Part shown: positions 22,099-34,929 of the stretch, in pieces
How the letters are laid out: every line of letters starts with the position of its first letter
Numbering within the stretch: the stretch's first letter is position 1
Source of the DNA: Cyanophora paradoxa CCMP329
Taxonomy: Eukaryota; Plantae; Glaucophyta
Assembly: GCA_004431415.1 (NCBI GenBank)
Contig: QPMI01000614.1
Span: forward strand, 1-64,000
Direction of reading: 5' to 3'
Length of the DNA: 64,000 bases
Translations under genes and position numbers: made by a program
The notes under the pieces: generated by a model
The model's database searches: none
Seen by the model: the letters and a program-made list of their open reading frames with translations, nothing else
Told to the model about the DNA's origin: nothing

Positions 22099-24783
22099 AT
22101 GGCGGGCCTAGCCGTCGTGCCCGGCGCCGGCGGCGCTGGGCGCGTGCTCGCAGTCGAAGCGAACGGAAGTAGAGAGCGGAACAACGAGGTTACGCCTGTG
22201 AACGGGGAGGCAGACGTCGAGCAGCTGACACCGCCGCCGAAGCCCGAGGACCCGCCGCGACTCACGGTCCGCACCAAGTACCTTATCTACGCGTCGGTGC
22301 GTCCTCCTGCCACGCAGACGGCGCCGCGGCCGACGTCGACCCCGCCACCGCTCTGGGGGCCAACCGTGCACTTGGCTTCGACGCTCGACCGACGGCTGCC
22401 GCAGGTGACGATGTTCATGCTCGGCGTGCACTTCCCGCGGCCGATGGTGCGCCCCGGCGCGCGCGCCGCGGGGGGCCCGGGGCGGGTTCGAGGGGGGGCG
22501 GCGCGGCAGCTGCCGGGGATGTGCCGCGAGATGTACAGCTTCCCCCCCGACGACGTCGGGTCCGCCCGCCCGCCCTCCCGCCCGCCGCTCCCGGGCCCCG
22601 AACGAACCCGAGGGGGCGGGGCGGGGCGTGCAGCTTCTGCAACGGGGCGATCCTGGCGACGCTGCAGGTCGGCTCCTTCCTCTCCGCCTTCCTCCTCGGC
22701 CACTGGTCCGCCCCCGCCCACGCCCCCGCCCACGCCCCCGCCCCCGCCCCCGCCTCCCCGGCCCCTCACGCCCCCCGCAGCTCGTGCGCCCCGCCCGTCC
22801 GCCGCACGCGAGGGCTCCGGGGCGGCGGGGCGAGCGCGCGCGCGGCAGGGACGTGCTGGGGCGGAAGCCGGTGCTGGTGGTCTCGGTGGCGGCGACGGCG
22901 GTGGCGCTGGGCTCCCTCGGCGCCTTCGACTCCTACTCCTTCGCCCTCGTCGTCCGCCCCGCCCCGCCCCGCCGCGTCCCCACCCTCGCCCCGCCCGGTC
23001 TGACCGACCCGGCCCTGCGCCGCGCCCCGCAGAACCGCTTCCTCGGCGGCTTCCTCGACGGGTGCCGCCACCGCCCCCCCTGCGCCCCTCCCCGCCCTCC
23101 CCCTCTTGCCTGAAGGCGGCGGGGCGACGGCGGGGCGGGGCAGGACGCTGCCGGTGACGAAGGGGTACGTGGCGGACGTGTCTGCGGGGACGGAGCGCTC
23201 GTCGGTGCTCTCCTTCTACGGCGGCCTCTTCGCCCTCTCGCGGACCCTCTCCATCACCCTCGGGGGCCTCCTCTCGCTCCCCAAGTGGGTGGACCCCGCC
23301 GACACCGCCGACTGGGACTGGGTCTCCCCCCACAACTACCCCGACCCCGCCGCCATCCAGTCCGCCCCGCCCCGCCCCGCCCCGTTCCGCCCCGCTCCGC
23401 CCGTCCTTTCTGACGCGGCGGCGCAGGCGGATCCACGCGGCGTCGGGGAGCGGGTACGCGCTGATCTTCGCGCTGGGGAGCCTGCCCTTCGTCGCCCTCC
23501 TCGCCGCCCTCCTCCTCGCCCTCCCGGAGTCCCGCCGCGCCGCCGACGGCTCCCGCCGCCCCGTCACCCCCGCCGCCCTCGGCTCGGCGCTGGGCTCGAT
23601 CTTCGGGACGCTGTGGCGGGGCCTCGGGGTGGTCGTCCGCGACCCCGTCCTCCTCCGCCTCAACGCCATCTACTTCCTCCAGGCGAGCTCCGCCTACCCG
23701 CCTACCCCCCCCCCCCCCTGCCTGAGCCCCCCTCTGCCCCTCAGGCCTTCTCGTACGGCGGCTCGATGCTGGGGCTCGTGCTGTACCCCCTCGCCCCGCT
23801 CCACTCCCGGGGCCTCGCCTTCACCCCCTTCGCCGTCGGCTTCGCCTGGGGCTACAACGGGTGCCCACGTCCTTCCCCCCCATCTCTCCCCCCCTCCCCA
23901 GCTTAGGGGGTACGTGCGGGGCAGGCTGGTGGGGTTCGTGTACCGGCTCTTCTTCTTCGAGCGGCTGCTGGTGCGGCACGGCCTGCGCCGCCTCTACCAG
24001 GCCGGCCTCCTCTGCTTCTTCTGCGGCTGCCTCCTCCTCGTCCTCGAGGCGATGCCCTTCTCCCTGGGGGTGCCCCCCGAGCGCCGCCCCTGGGCCCTCT
24101 CCTACGCCGTCCTCCTCGCCGCCTCCACCTTCTTCGGGCTGGGCTGGATCATGGGCTTCCCCCTGCTGGGCGCCATGCTCTCGCACGCGGCCCCGCGGGA
24201 GTGCCAGGGCCTCGTGCAGGGCGTCGCCGAGTCCCTCGCCGCCCTCGCCAAGGCCGCCGCCCCGGGCCTCCTCGGCGCCCTCTTCTCCGCCTCCCTGCGC
24301 GCCCGCGCCCCGCAGCTCATCTTCGTCGCCGAGTTCGCCATCTACGCCGCCTGCTTCCTCATCTCCCTCACCATCCCCCGCCACGTCGGCGCCCCCACGG
24401 GGGCCACCCCCGCCCCGAGCCCCGCCCCGCCCGACCCCGCCGCCCGCCGCACCGCCGGCGCCGCCGAGGCGGCGGCGGTGCTGACCTTCCCCGCGCGGCG
24501 CTCGGGCTCCATCTCGGACCCCGAGGACCTGCGCTCCGCCCAGGCCGCCGCCGCCGCCCTCCGCGGCCGCCTCGCCCTCTCCCCGCCCGCCCCGGCCTCC
24601 CCGCCCCCGGAGCCGGCCGGGCCCGCGGGGGGCGCCGGCGTGCCCCTCCCCGCCGTGCCGTACCCCGCCACCTCGGAGCAGATCTCGGGCCCGCCGGACC
24701 CCGCGCGCACCGTCGTCCTGCCCCCGACCCACGTCTGGACCACCCCGCAGCGCGGCCCCGCTGGCCGCCGCGGCGGTACCTGA
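22099..24783 (+). CDS. Major facilitator superfamily transporter (tetracycline/ZIFL-like)
   Basis: Motif A-like GHWxDVLGRKPVLV, NRFLGGFLD, VTKGYVADVS, CQGLVQGVAESLAALAKAAAPG, and many TM helices. Confidence 0.88.
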
Positions 24784-25807
24784 TCATAAGCGCCTCGCCG
24801 GGCCGCGCGGCGCCCATCTCTAGTTCCAGAATGCATTTTGCACCCGAATTCGGAATCATAGTCCTTGACTCATGATCCACTGAGTCAGAGAATCATGTTT
24901 CAAGTGTAACTTTGATCCCCCCCGAGCCCGGGGCCATCAATGATCATCGGATCTGGGCGACTCGGCGACTCGGCGATGCGGGGGGCCCCGGGCCCGGGGC
25001 TATCAATCATGAATGATTAGGGTGGCCTGATCTGATCATGGATCCTCGGCCATTCAATGATTCCCGGAGAGTCCTGGCCCAGCCCGGCCTGGCAGCCTGG
25101 CAGTGGGTCGCCGAGTCGCTGCCATGCCATGATCATCGGATGCCATGCCATGACCGTCGGACGATGCATGACTCAGTTACTCCCGAGTCCGATATCGATT
25201 CTCTTGGCCCGGCGACGAGGCTCCTTGATGATTTACTGGTCACGGGTTAGAAGTTGATTTGCAAGCCTTCAAGGCTTGACTCCAGTGGCGCCGGGCGCCG
25301 GCAGTGAAGCCCCCCGGGGCCCGCCCGCCGGCCGCGGCCCGCGGCCGCCGGCCGGCGGCCTCGGAACTTCGGAACCGTTGAACTTCGGAAGCTTGCCAAC
25401 TTGCGCATGCAGGCCAAGTTGGCCATGCCGCATGCACCGTGGCACAGTGCTCGAGCTCGAGGCTTCCTGGTCATCACGGTCATGATCATCGGATCATGAT
25501 CACTGATCATGAGTCATGAAACTGAATTCAAAACCGTCAATTCAAGCTGGCCAAGAATTGAAACCTTGAGCACTGCGGCAAGCTGAGCAGGGCCGGCCCG
25601 GCGGGCCTCCGATAGCTAGGCTCCGGGCTCCTTCTCCCCCGCCGTGCCGGTCCCCAACCCCCTGCGCGTGCCATGCCCCCCGCAGCCGTGGCGGGGCAGG
25701 CTTGCACACAATAAAGAGGCCCTTCAAAAAAATTCGCAAGGAGGCAGGGCCCGGCGGGGCGCGAGAAAGCATTGTGCGCATGCCTCTCCAAGAGAGTGGA
25801 GGGCATG

Positions 25808-27742
25808 CTAGCGTCCCCGGGCCTGGCGCTGCATGCGAGGGTCAGGAGAAGGGGCAGGGCAAGCACGGGCACCGACGGGACGCGCCTGCGCGGCCTGGAA
25901 GCGCTGGTGGGCCTCCACCAGCGGCCCCGGCTTCCCGCTCCAGACGTTGCAGAAGATGTCGACGTCGCGCAGGAGCTGGGGCGAGGCGGCGAGGGCGTCG
26001 AGCAGCGCGGGGTACTCCCCCCACTTGTCGGGTAGGAACAGGGAGGCGTGCGCCCCTCGGCGCAGCACGGAGAGCAGCGCCACGAGATCGCCTGCGCGGG
26101 ATGAGCTCGCATTTTCCAAGATAGGGTGTCAGGCAGGGCGTACCGGGAGAGAAGAGCACCAGATCAGTGCTCCAGCCCCAGATCTCGAGCTTTTTCACGC
26201 CCTGAATGAACGCCGCTTCTGCATATGTGGCGTCTCTGGTCAGCCGCAGGGCTCGGGGCAGTTCGGTGACTTCTGAGGCGGCGCATGCGCGTGTACGCAC
26301 CCCGGAGCGCGCGCAGCACATCGGGGGTGAGGCGGCAGCGTTCCAGCTTAAGACTGCGATTGCAGAAAAGCTCGTGACGCGGGACAGGGGGTCGGAGGGG
26401 CCGGGGCGCACCTGCGGACGCCCTGAAGGGCCCCGACAGGCCACTCGAGCGGGAGGCGGCACTTGAGAAGGAACAACTCGGCCCTGAAGCGATCCACCGC
26501 GGCGGGGAGCGCCCCGTACTCCAGAGGGCGATGCACAGTTAGGAGCGAGGTCAGGGCCGCCGGGTCCGCCAGGTCCATCACGAGGGCTGGATCACTGAGG
26601 AAGCCCGGGCGCGCTGCTCTGCGGATGTGGACGCTCTGGCAGCTCACGCCGCCCGCGGCCAGCACGCCCGTGGACGCGGCGTCGAGGACGGCGCTACGGA
26701 TGCGCCGCAGCGCGGGGAGGGCGGCGACGAGGGCGCGCGCGTCTTGGCCCTCGCCAGACAACAGGTCTTTCATGTGCGTGCCGAGCCGCTCAATGGCCAA
26801 GTGCTTGCCGCCCGCGCCGATGGAGCCGATGATAACCCACAGGCGGGATGCATGAGCGAAACGAAGGGTAAGGGGGGTTAGCGAAAGGGCTGGGCGGCCG
26901 CAGGCGGACTCACATTGGTCGAGCACTCGTCGACGCCTCCGATGAAAAGGTCGCGGAGGCCGGGGGCAGACTCGGCGAGCCTCAAAGAGCGCAGGATCGT
27001 GTACGTCTTGACATGAACGACGAGAGTCTGCAGCGAGGGCGGGGCGGCTCGCATCACTCTCCACAGCGTGAGCTCAGGCGTCGACTTGGTCGGTCTAGGG
27101 ACCAGGCTGGACGCGTAGAGATAGAGACAACGAAGCCCAGCGAAGCGTGGTGCCTGCACGAGCGCGATCGCCTCCTGAACGGACAGCGGACGGATCCCCA
27201 AGTACGCTGGCGGCTGGCACCCCCGCGGCGTCGGCCAGCCGCCGGACCGCCGCGCTGCCGCACGCTGAACTTCTTCATCCTGCCATTGCTGGACGTCTGC
27301 GACCACCCTGCGCGCGCGCCGAGGCATCAGCGATCTGCGATTTGATGAGAGCAACGTGAAATGGACGCACCACAAAGTGAGCATGGGATTCAGATCGGGA
27401 GAGCAAGCGACTGCTCTCCACCTCCGGCAGACAGCGCTCGCAGCGCGCAGGTCGCGTGCTTCGAGGAGCGAGAAGATTTTGGCGAGCACATCGTCGGCCA
27501 CGGCGCCCGGGCTGCTGTGCTGCTCGTAGTCGCGGTACTCGTCATCGTACTCGCGATATAAGACCGCCGGCGCCTGCGTGTGAGAGGAGAGTCAGAGGGG
27601 GTGTGCGCGACAATTCAAATTGTCTCACCGCCGCCGGCGACGCCGGCGCCGGCGACGCCGCCGCCGGCGCTGATTTCAGCTGGGAATCCGAAGCCCTCGC
27701 AATAGAGAGCCTCGTCCGCTTGCTCACGGGCTCGTCGCGCAT
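25808..27742 (-). CDS. F-box protein
   Basis: VADDVLAKIFSLLEARDLRAASAVCRRWRAVA is a canonical F-box. Start MRDEPVSKRTRL spliced to it. 3' exons approximate. Confidence 0.78.
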
Positions 27743-27901
27743 CGAACTTGGCCTTCAGGTACCCCGGCCTGCACCGCCCTGGTCCGCCCAGGTCCGTCCT
27801 TTGACTCGCGTGGCGTACGCGTGGCGGCAACGTTGAGCGCGACTCTGCAAGACCAGCTCTGCAAGCCAGCGCGGCGGGCCAGCGCGTTCCGGAGCCCCGG
27901 A

Positions 27902-29993
27902 ATGGCGGCGTGCACGATCGGGGCGCTCATCGCGCACCTGGTCGTGTACGATGAAGCGCTCGGCCGCCGCGAGGAGGACGAGGAGGAGCGCGTTCTGTAC
28001 CACTTCCCGGAGGACGCGCCGCTCGCAGACCAGCTCCGCAACGTCGGCGTTAGCATGGGCCTGCGCGGCTTCGCGGGGTCCGTCTGCGCCGCTCGAGCCC
28101 AGCGGGGCCTGCGCGTCGCCGACCCGGCGGCGCAGGTCGTTCTCGGAGCGGCCGTGCCGGGCGGTGCGGACGGAGAAGCTGCTGTACCTTTTCAACCAGT
28201 GCGAGGGCACCATCTGCATGTCGATGGTGTGCCCGTGCGCCCGCGCGGGCCCGGCGCGCGCCCCGCGACCGAGCCGGCAGGCGCTGCGGCTGGCGGGGGC
28301 GGGCGAGGGCGGCGTGCCCGACTCGGCGGTCCTCATCCTGCACCAGGCCTACACGCTCTTCACGGCACGCGCCCGCCCCCGCCGCCGCCGCCCCGCCGCG
28401 GCGCGGCGCCGCTGAGCGCGGGGCAGCTCTTCAACGGGCGGTGCGGGGACGTGGTGGCGGGGGCGGGCGGGAACGTGGCGGCGCTGCGGGGCCGGCTGGG
28501 GACGTTCCTCTCGCACTTCGTCGGGCTCGCCCGCACCGCCGCCTTCACCCTCCTCGACGCCTTCGACGGTGCCCGCCCCGCCCCGGCCCCCGCCCTGGCC
28601 CTCCCCGCGAGGCGACGGGGCCGGCAGCGGTGCCGCACGTGCCGGTGGAGCGCGGAGAGTACCTCGCTGCCCAGTCCGCCTTCAACTGGGCCCAGGCCGC
28701 CGTCCCCGTCCGCCCCGCCCGCCCCTCCCCGCCCCGCCGCGGGGCCGACGGGGGCGGCCTGCGGGCGGGGCAGGGTGTGCGGGGCGGGGCGGTGCTGCTG
28801 GACGAGGCGGTGGCGTGGAGCGACTTGCCGGCCGACGACCTTCACGCCCTCCACCTCTACGCCTCCTGGTGCCTCCGCTGGCCCCCGGTCCGCCCCGCCC
28901 GCCTGCCCCGCACCGCACCGCACGCCACGCCGCCCACGCGCGCCCCCGCAGGCCGGCTCCGCGCCCCGCTCGATGCAGGCGCCGCTCGGCACCCTCGCCC
29001 CCTCGGACCACCGCCTGCTGTGCGCGCGCCGGCACCCCGCCGCGCGCGGGCGGGGCCCGACGCGGGGTTGCAGGGTGTCGCTGCGGGGGAGGGACGGGGC
29101 GGGGCGGGAGGAGCTGGTGGCGGGGGCGCTGCAGCCGGCCCTCCACCTCCCCTCCGCCATGGGGCCCGCCCCTCCCACTCCTTCCTCGTCTTCACCGTCC
29201 GCCCCCGCCCCGCCCCGCCCCGCCCCGCCCCGCGGCCTGCGACGGGGCGGGTGCGGGGGCAGCACGGGCGGACGACGGCGCTGCTCGTGGTCGAGGGCCG
29301 CGCCTCCGACGCCGAGGTCGTCGCCCTCGGGTCCGCCCCCCCGCCCGCCTCCCGCCCCGCCCACTTGCGGGGACCCGGCCGAGGCGGGCGGGGCGCAGGG
29401 AGGGGATGGCGGCACAGCTCGGGCCCCTCAACGCCGCCCTCGCCCGCGCCTGCCCCGTCCCCTACGCCCTCCCCGCCTCCGCCCCGGGTGCGGCCCCGCC
29501 CCCCGCCTCCCCCTGGAGCGCGGCTACAGCTCGCGGCAGGGCCGGGGGCGGCTCGCGCTTCGTGTTCGTGGACCACGAGCGGCGGGTGCTGGTGACCTCG
29601 CTGCCGCGGGGCCCGCGGCACAGCCCCGCGGAGGCCCCCGCCGCGCCGGCGGCGCCGGCGGAGCTCGCGCGCGTGGCCGACGAGCTCCTCCGCGACGTCC
29701 GGTGCCCCGCCCCGCGCCCCGCGCCCCGCGCCCGTCGCTCGGCGGCTGCGTGACCCCCGTGGCGGGGCGGGGCGGGCAGGGGCCGGGGCGGGGCGGTGGA
29801 GGAGGCGTGCGTGAAGACGCGGGGCGGGGCGTGGGCGCTGGCGCGGCGGAGCGGGGCGCGGGAGCTGCTCGTGCTCTTCGACGCCAAGAACGCCGACATC
29901 GCCGACCTCTCCCACGCCGCCGCCCGCCTCGCCGCCGCCCTCCTCCCCGTGCCCCTGCCCCCGGCCCCCGCCCGCGAGCCCCTCACCTGCTAG
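27902..29993 (+). CDS. CCZ1: Vacuolar fusion protein CCZ1 (longin domains, Mon1-Ccz1 Rab7 GEF)
   Basis: VYDEALGRREEDEEERVLYHFP...QLRNVGVSMGLRGFARSFS..PC, AYTLFxLFNG, and C-terminal ACVKTRGGAWALARRSGARELLVLFD. Confidence 0.85.
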
Positions 29994-30526
29994 CGCCCCT
30001 GTAGCCCCTCGTCGCAATTCCCCGAGTTAGCCTGCCGCTCTCAGAGTCTGTTGCTATTGGCGCGCGCTGGCCGGATGCGCTATGTAGCTAGCGCTCTGAT
30101 GGCGCCGCGCTCCTAAAGAGGCCTGCAGTTGAGAGATGGACAGGGGAAGGAGTATGCGCCATCAGAACTGCGCGCGCACTGTGGCCGCGCCGCGGCGGCT
30201 GCCGGCCGGCGGCCGGCGGCCGGCCGGCGCCATAGGTGAAACCTCGGACCAGGAATCGAACCCGCATTGCGGGAGCCAAAAGAACTTTCGGAAGCCAAAA
30301 ACAAGCAGCGCAAAGCATTCCAGGCAGACAACAGCACGATTCCAGGTGGCGGGGCGAAAGTGCACGATCTCGCTTGAGAAGCTTGCCCCTAGCTCAACGA
30401 GCGCTGCTTCCGAGCGCTGAGGCCAGCGTGGCAGGATTCTCAACGCTTCCCCGTTAGCTATACGCATCAAAGAAGCCGTCTAAGTGGCCAAAGCCGACCC
30501 AAGCCGGCGACTGCCCCCGTCCAGGA

Positions 30527-31731
30527 ATGGCCGCAGTTCTTGCCGAGCACTCCTGGGATGCGGCCGGTGCAGCGCCGCCCGCGGAAGCCAACGAACCGCT
30601 GCTGGACGACGACCCGCTGCTGGATCTGCTCGACCACGAGCCATTCCTCGCCTCGCCGCTGCCCGTCGTGCCCGCCCCGCGCTGGGTCTCGACGAGCTGG
30701 TCAAGGCCGGGCTCTGCGGGCCCGCGGGGGCTGAGGCCCGGCAGCGCGGCTCTCTCGCGAAGCCAGCCGGACCTCGCCGGGATCCCCGTCCTGCCCGACT
30801 CGACCACGCGCTCTTTGGACCTTTCGTTCAGGTTCGCCGCCGTGCGACTCGCGCGCGGCTTGGGGCCGACGGCGGGGCCAGAGACGTGCTGCTGGCGGTG
30901 CACGGGCAGCCGGCGCCGCTGCCGTCGATGGAGACGAGCGCGCTCATGCGCAAGCACAGCGTCCAGGAGCTCATCGCCCGCACGGGGCCCGCCGCCGACC
31001 TCCCCCTCGCCCGGTGCGCCCCCACAGCCCCGAGCGAGAGCCGTCTCTACTCCCCGGTCACGGTCCGACGCGGGGGGCCAGGCGGCGGCCGACGTCGGCG
31101 GCGCCGGGGCCGCGCGAGGTGGCGCAGCGGCGCGAGCTGCTCGTCTCGCGGTCGGACGTCGGCTCGCGGTACCCCAGCAACGGGTACAAGGCCTACCTCT
31201 CGGCCACCAGCGCCCTCTCCTTCCACCCGCCCCCGCCCCCGGAGCCCCTCCCGGGCTCCGACACCCGCTACTCCTTCCAGCCCTGGGTCCGCCGCCCCCG
31301 CCCCGCCCCTCCCCCCGCCCCGCCGCCCCGCCCCGAGCGAGCCGCCGCGCAGGGCGGAACGGGCCGCAAGCAGCGGGAGATCCGGCGGATGATTCAGTGG
31401 AGCCAGGTGCGCGGGCCGGCGTGGCGGGGGCGGGGCGGGGGGCGGGCTCTGAGGGCGGGGGCAGAGCCAGCGGCGGGAGGTGCGGGAGACGACGGCGGTC
31501 TCGGCGGCGCACTTCAAGGGCTTCTCCCCGGCCCGCGCCCTCGCCCTCGTCACCCGCGGCGCCCCCGCCCCCGTCTCCCCCGCCGGCCCCGCCCACGCCC
31601 CCAACGCCAACCCCAGCCGGCCCCAGAGCGCCGCCCCGGGCCGGCCGCAGAGCGCCGCGCCCGGCCGGCCGGCGAGCGCGGGGCCTGCGCGGCCGCAGAG
31701 CGCGGGTCCAAGCCCCGGCGGGCACCCCTAA
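30527..31731 (+). CDS. Hypothetical protein, spliced, with C-terminal RPQSA repeats
   Basis: Consistent exons (METSALMRKHSVQELIAR; YPSNGYKAYLSAT; RKQREIRRMIQWSQ) separated by typical introns. No family recognised. Confidence 0.6.
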
Positions 31732-31816
31732 TGGCGAGCGGGGATGTCCTGTATTCTACGCTATGCTGTTGAGAGTGGAGGGGGCGGGGGCAGGGGCGGG
31801 GGCCGGGGCCGGGGGC

Positions 31817-33510
31817 TCAGTGGGGCAGCTTGGGCCCGGGGTCGGCGAGGGCCTTGAAGTCGGCGGCGGCGGTGCGGAGGTAGGCGAGGAGCTCGGGGCC
31901 CAGCGCCAGCGCCGCCACCGCGCACATCGCGAACACCGTCGGCCCCGAGAAGAGCTCCAGCGGCTCCACGAACGGCGGCGGCCGCCGCGGCCGCCGCGGT
32001 AGCGACGCCGCCGGCGTGGGCGCGGGGCCGGGGCGGCGCGGGGGCGGGGCGGGCGGGGTACGCGAAGGGCATGATCTCCAGGGAGGTGACGGAGCCGAAG
32101 AACTCGGTGACGAGCACCTGCCCGCCCGTCGCGCCGGGCCCGGGCCCGGCGAGGGGGCGGGGGCGCGCGCGCCTGGTCGATGCGGCGGGGGTACAGGTCC
32201 GTGCGGTACTCGGGGGTGGAGTGGAGGAAGCCGGGGTCGTAGGAGGTGAACTGGGGGCGGTCAGGGGGGGACAAGGGGCGGGCGGGGCGGGGCGGGGCCG
32301 CACGAGCTGGGCGAGGGTGTCACGGGAGTCGATGTTGACGGAGGAGAAGAACTGCGCGGGCCGCGTCGGGGCGGGGGAGAAGGGCGGGGCGGGGCGAGGG
32401 GCAGGGGGCACGTTGAGGGTGTGGTAGGTGAAGCGGTCGACTGTGGAGAGGCCGAGGCGCGCGTCGTTGTTGTACGAGTACGACGACTGGCCCAGCTGCG
32501 ACGACCCGATCGAGAGCACGCCCGGCGAGTACATCTGCGAAACCCCTCGGATCGGGCGGGCACGGCGCGGGGCGGGGCGGGGCGGGGCGGGGCCGGCGCA
32601 CGTGCTTGGCAAGGGTGGCGGCCTGGCAGGTGTCCGACACGAAGAGCACCTCCCCGTAGCTGCCGCCCGCCTCGGCGGGGGCCGGCGGGCGGGGCGGGGG
32701 CGGGGCGGGGCGGACCGGCCGGCCTGGCGGGCCTGCTCGAGGGCGTCGGCGATGTCCCAGCTGTGGATCTCCTCCACGTCCTGCCGCCAGCTCGGGCGTC
32801 GCGCCGCGGGGCGGGCGGGCGGGCGGGCGGGCGGGCCTGGAACTTGAGGAACTCGTCGCCGCCGTGGCCGGTCATGAAGAGGAGCACTTTCGAGTGCCGG
32901 TCCGTCAGCAGTCGCTTCGACCGCGGCACGTCCGCCGTGTGCCGCCCTGCGCGCGCCCCCGCGTCGGCGCGGGGCGGGGCGGGGCGGGGCGGGGGCGGCG
33001 GGGCGGGCCCTGGATGAGGCGGACGAAGTTCTCGACGGTGACGTCGTAGCCGCGGTAGTCGACCTCCGCGTCGTCCGTGTAGAGGTTCAGCGAGTGCGCG
33101 TCGTCGTTGAAGATCTCCCCGAAGCGCCCGTTCCGCGCGTTGCACGCCATGTCGTCCGAGAGCATCAGAATGATCTGGCTGTCGGGGATCCCCAGCCGCT
33201 TCACCGTGTAGTAGATCGACAGCGCGTTCGCCACGTGCCTGTAGTTGAACCAGAACCGCGACGTGCAGACCTGCGCCGCGCGCTCGGCCGCTGTAGCGCC
33301 CCGCAAGCCGCGCCCGGGCGAGCGCACGATCACGGCCCAGTTGTTCACGCTGGCGGACTGCCCGAAGAAACTGTAGATCGCGTCGCTCGCCTGCAGCGCC
33401 ACGGCTTCGCCCGAGCCGTCGGCCGCGGTGTCCGCCGCGCCCTCGTCCGCCGCCGCCGCCGCGCCCAGCGCCAGCAGGGCGAGTAGGGCCAGCGCGGCAC
33501 GCGCCGCCAT
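31817..33510 (-). CDS. GPI8: GPI-anchor transamidase catalytic subunit (peptidase C13)
   Basis: Signal peptide, [38 protein letters not shown], catalytic TGHGG and DTCQA, C-terminal TM segment. Confidence 0.96.
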
Positions 33511-33617
33511 GGCTGGGCCGGTTTGGCTGGGCCGGGCTTCTTCTTGAGTCCCGGTACCCCGCCAAGCTGAGCGTCGCGTTCTGGCAGCCCAAGCAGCGAC
33601 TCGACACAGCAGACGAG

Positions 33618-34728
33618 ATGCTGGCGGCGTCGCGGGTCGCCCTGCACAGGCCCCCGTGCCTGCGCCGGCAGCTGAGGTGCGCCTTGCGTGCGCTCGCAGC
33701 GGCGCGAGCCTTGACGGCCTTGGCGCGCAGCACGTCGGTCGACCACGAGGAGGTTAGGAAGTTTACAGAGCAGGCGCGGAACTGGTGGGCGGCGGACGGG
33801 CCCGCCCGCGGCCTGCACTCGATGAACGAAGTGCGGGTCCCGTTCATCGTCGCCGGCCTGCAGGCACAGCTGGACCTGCCGCGCTCCTCGGGAGCCGCCA
33901 GGCCGCTCGACGGCGTGCGCATCCTCGACGTCGGCTGCGGCGGTGGCATCCTCGCCGAGGCGCGCCGCGTCGCTCCCGCTCGCACGCCCGGCGCTAAGGG
34001 CCCGGGGCGCGCAGCCGCTGGCGCGGCTCGGGGCGCACGTGACGGGGATCGACGCGACGCCGGCGAGCGTGGAGATGGCGCGGGCGCACGCCGAGGCCCA
34101 GCCCGACATCGCCGAGCGCCTCGTGTACAGGCAGACCACCGCCGGTTCGCCGCGCTCGCGCCGCCCCAGCGCCGGGCGGGGCGGACGGGGCGGCGGCAGA
34201 GGAGGTGGCGGGGGAGGGGCGGTGTTCGACGCGGTGGTGTGCAGCGAGGTGCTGGAGCACGTGCTCAACGTCCCCGCCTTCGTCGCCACCCTCGCCGCCC
34301 TCGTCCGGGTCCGCCCCGCGCCCGCGCCCCGCGCCGGCGCCGCCGCCGGGGACGAGCGGGGCGGGCGGGGGCAGCCGGGCGGGGCGTGGCGGTGACGACG
34401 ATCAGCCGGACGCCGCTCTCGTTCGCGCTGGCGATCGTGGCGGCGGAGTATGTGGCGGGGCTCGTCCCCCGCGGCACCCACGACTGGCGCCGCTTCGTGC
34501 GCCCCGACGAGCTCACCGCCGAGCTCCGCCGCGCCGGCCTCGAGGTGCGGCGGGCGGCGGGGATGGCCTACAACCCGCTGCTCAACCGCTGGCGCGCCAC
34601 CGACGGCCTCGACGTCAACTACGCCTCTTCGCCGCCCGCCCCGCCCCGCCCGCCCCGCACCCCGCCCCCGCCGCCCGCCCCCGCCCGAGCCCGCCGCCGC
34701 CGCCGCCGCCGCGGGGCCCGCGCCATAG
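33618..34728 (+). CDS. COQ3: Ubiquinone biosynthesis O-methyltransferase (UbiG/COQ3), mitochondrial presequence
   Basis: [60 protein letters not shown]. Stop uncertain because of a probable 1-nt indel after VNYA. Confidence 0.93.
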
Positions 34729-34929
34729 CGCCGCGCCCTTCCCACCGGTGCCTTTCAATGAAACAGACTTGACTGTACATACGCATGCGCCTGGTCAGGA
34801 TCAAATTAAAGAAGCGCGGCCGCTGAAAGGAGAGAAAGTGGAGCCAGAGAGCGGCGGGGGCCCTGAGCCGCGTGGCGGGGCGCGGCAGGAGAGCTCCGCG
34901 CGGGCCGCCCGGAGGGGCCCGGGGCGGTG

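Noticed and set aside
30235-30345. tRNA gene on the minus strand
   Set aside because: Only a B-box-like GGTTCGATTCC (30252-30262) is present; the T-stem is imperfect and no acceptor, D or anticodon arms are found.
34615-34772. COQ3 (and the GPI8 3' end near 32000) as pseudogenes or programmed frameshifts
   Set aside because: Frame breaks fall in or next to C/G runs at the ends of otherwise intact genes; sequencing indels are more likely.
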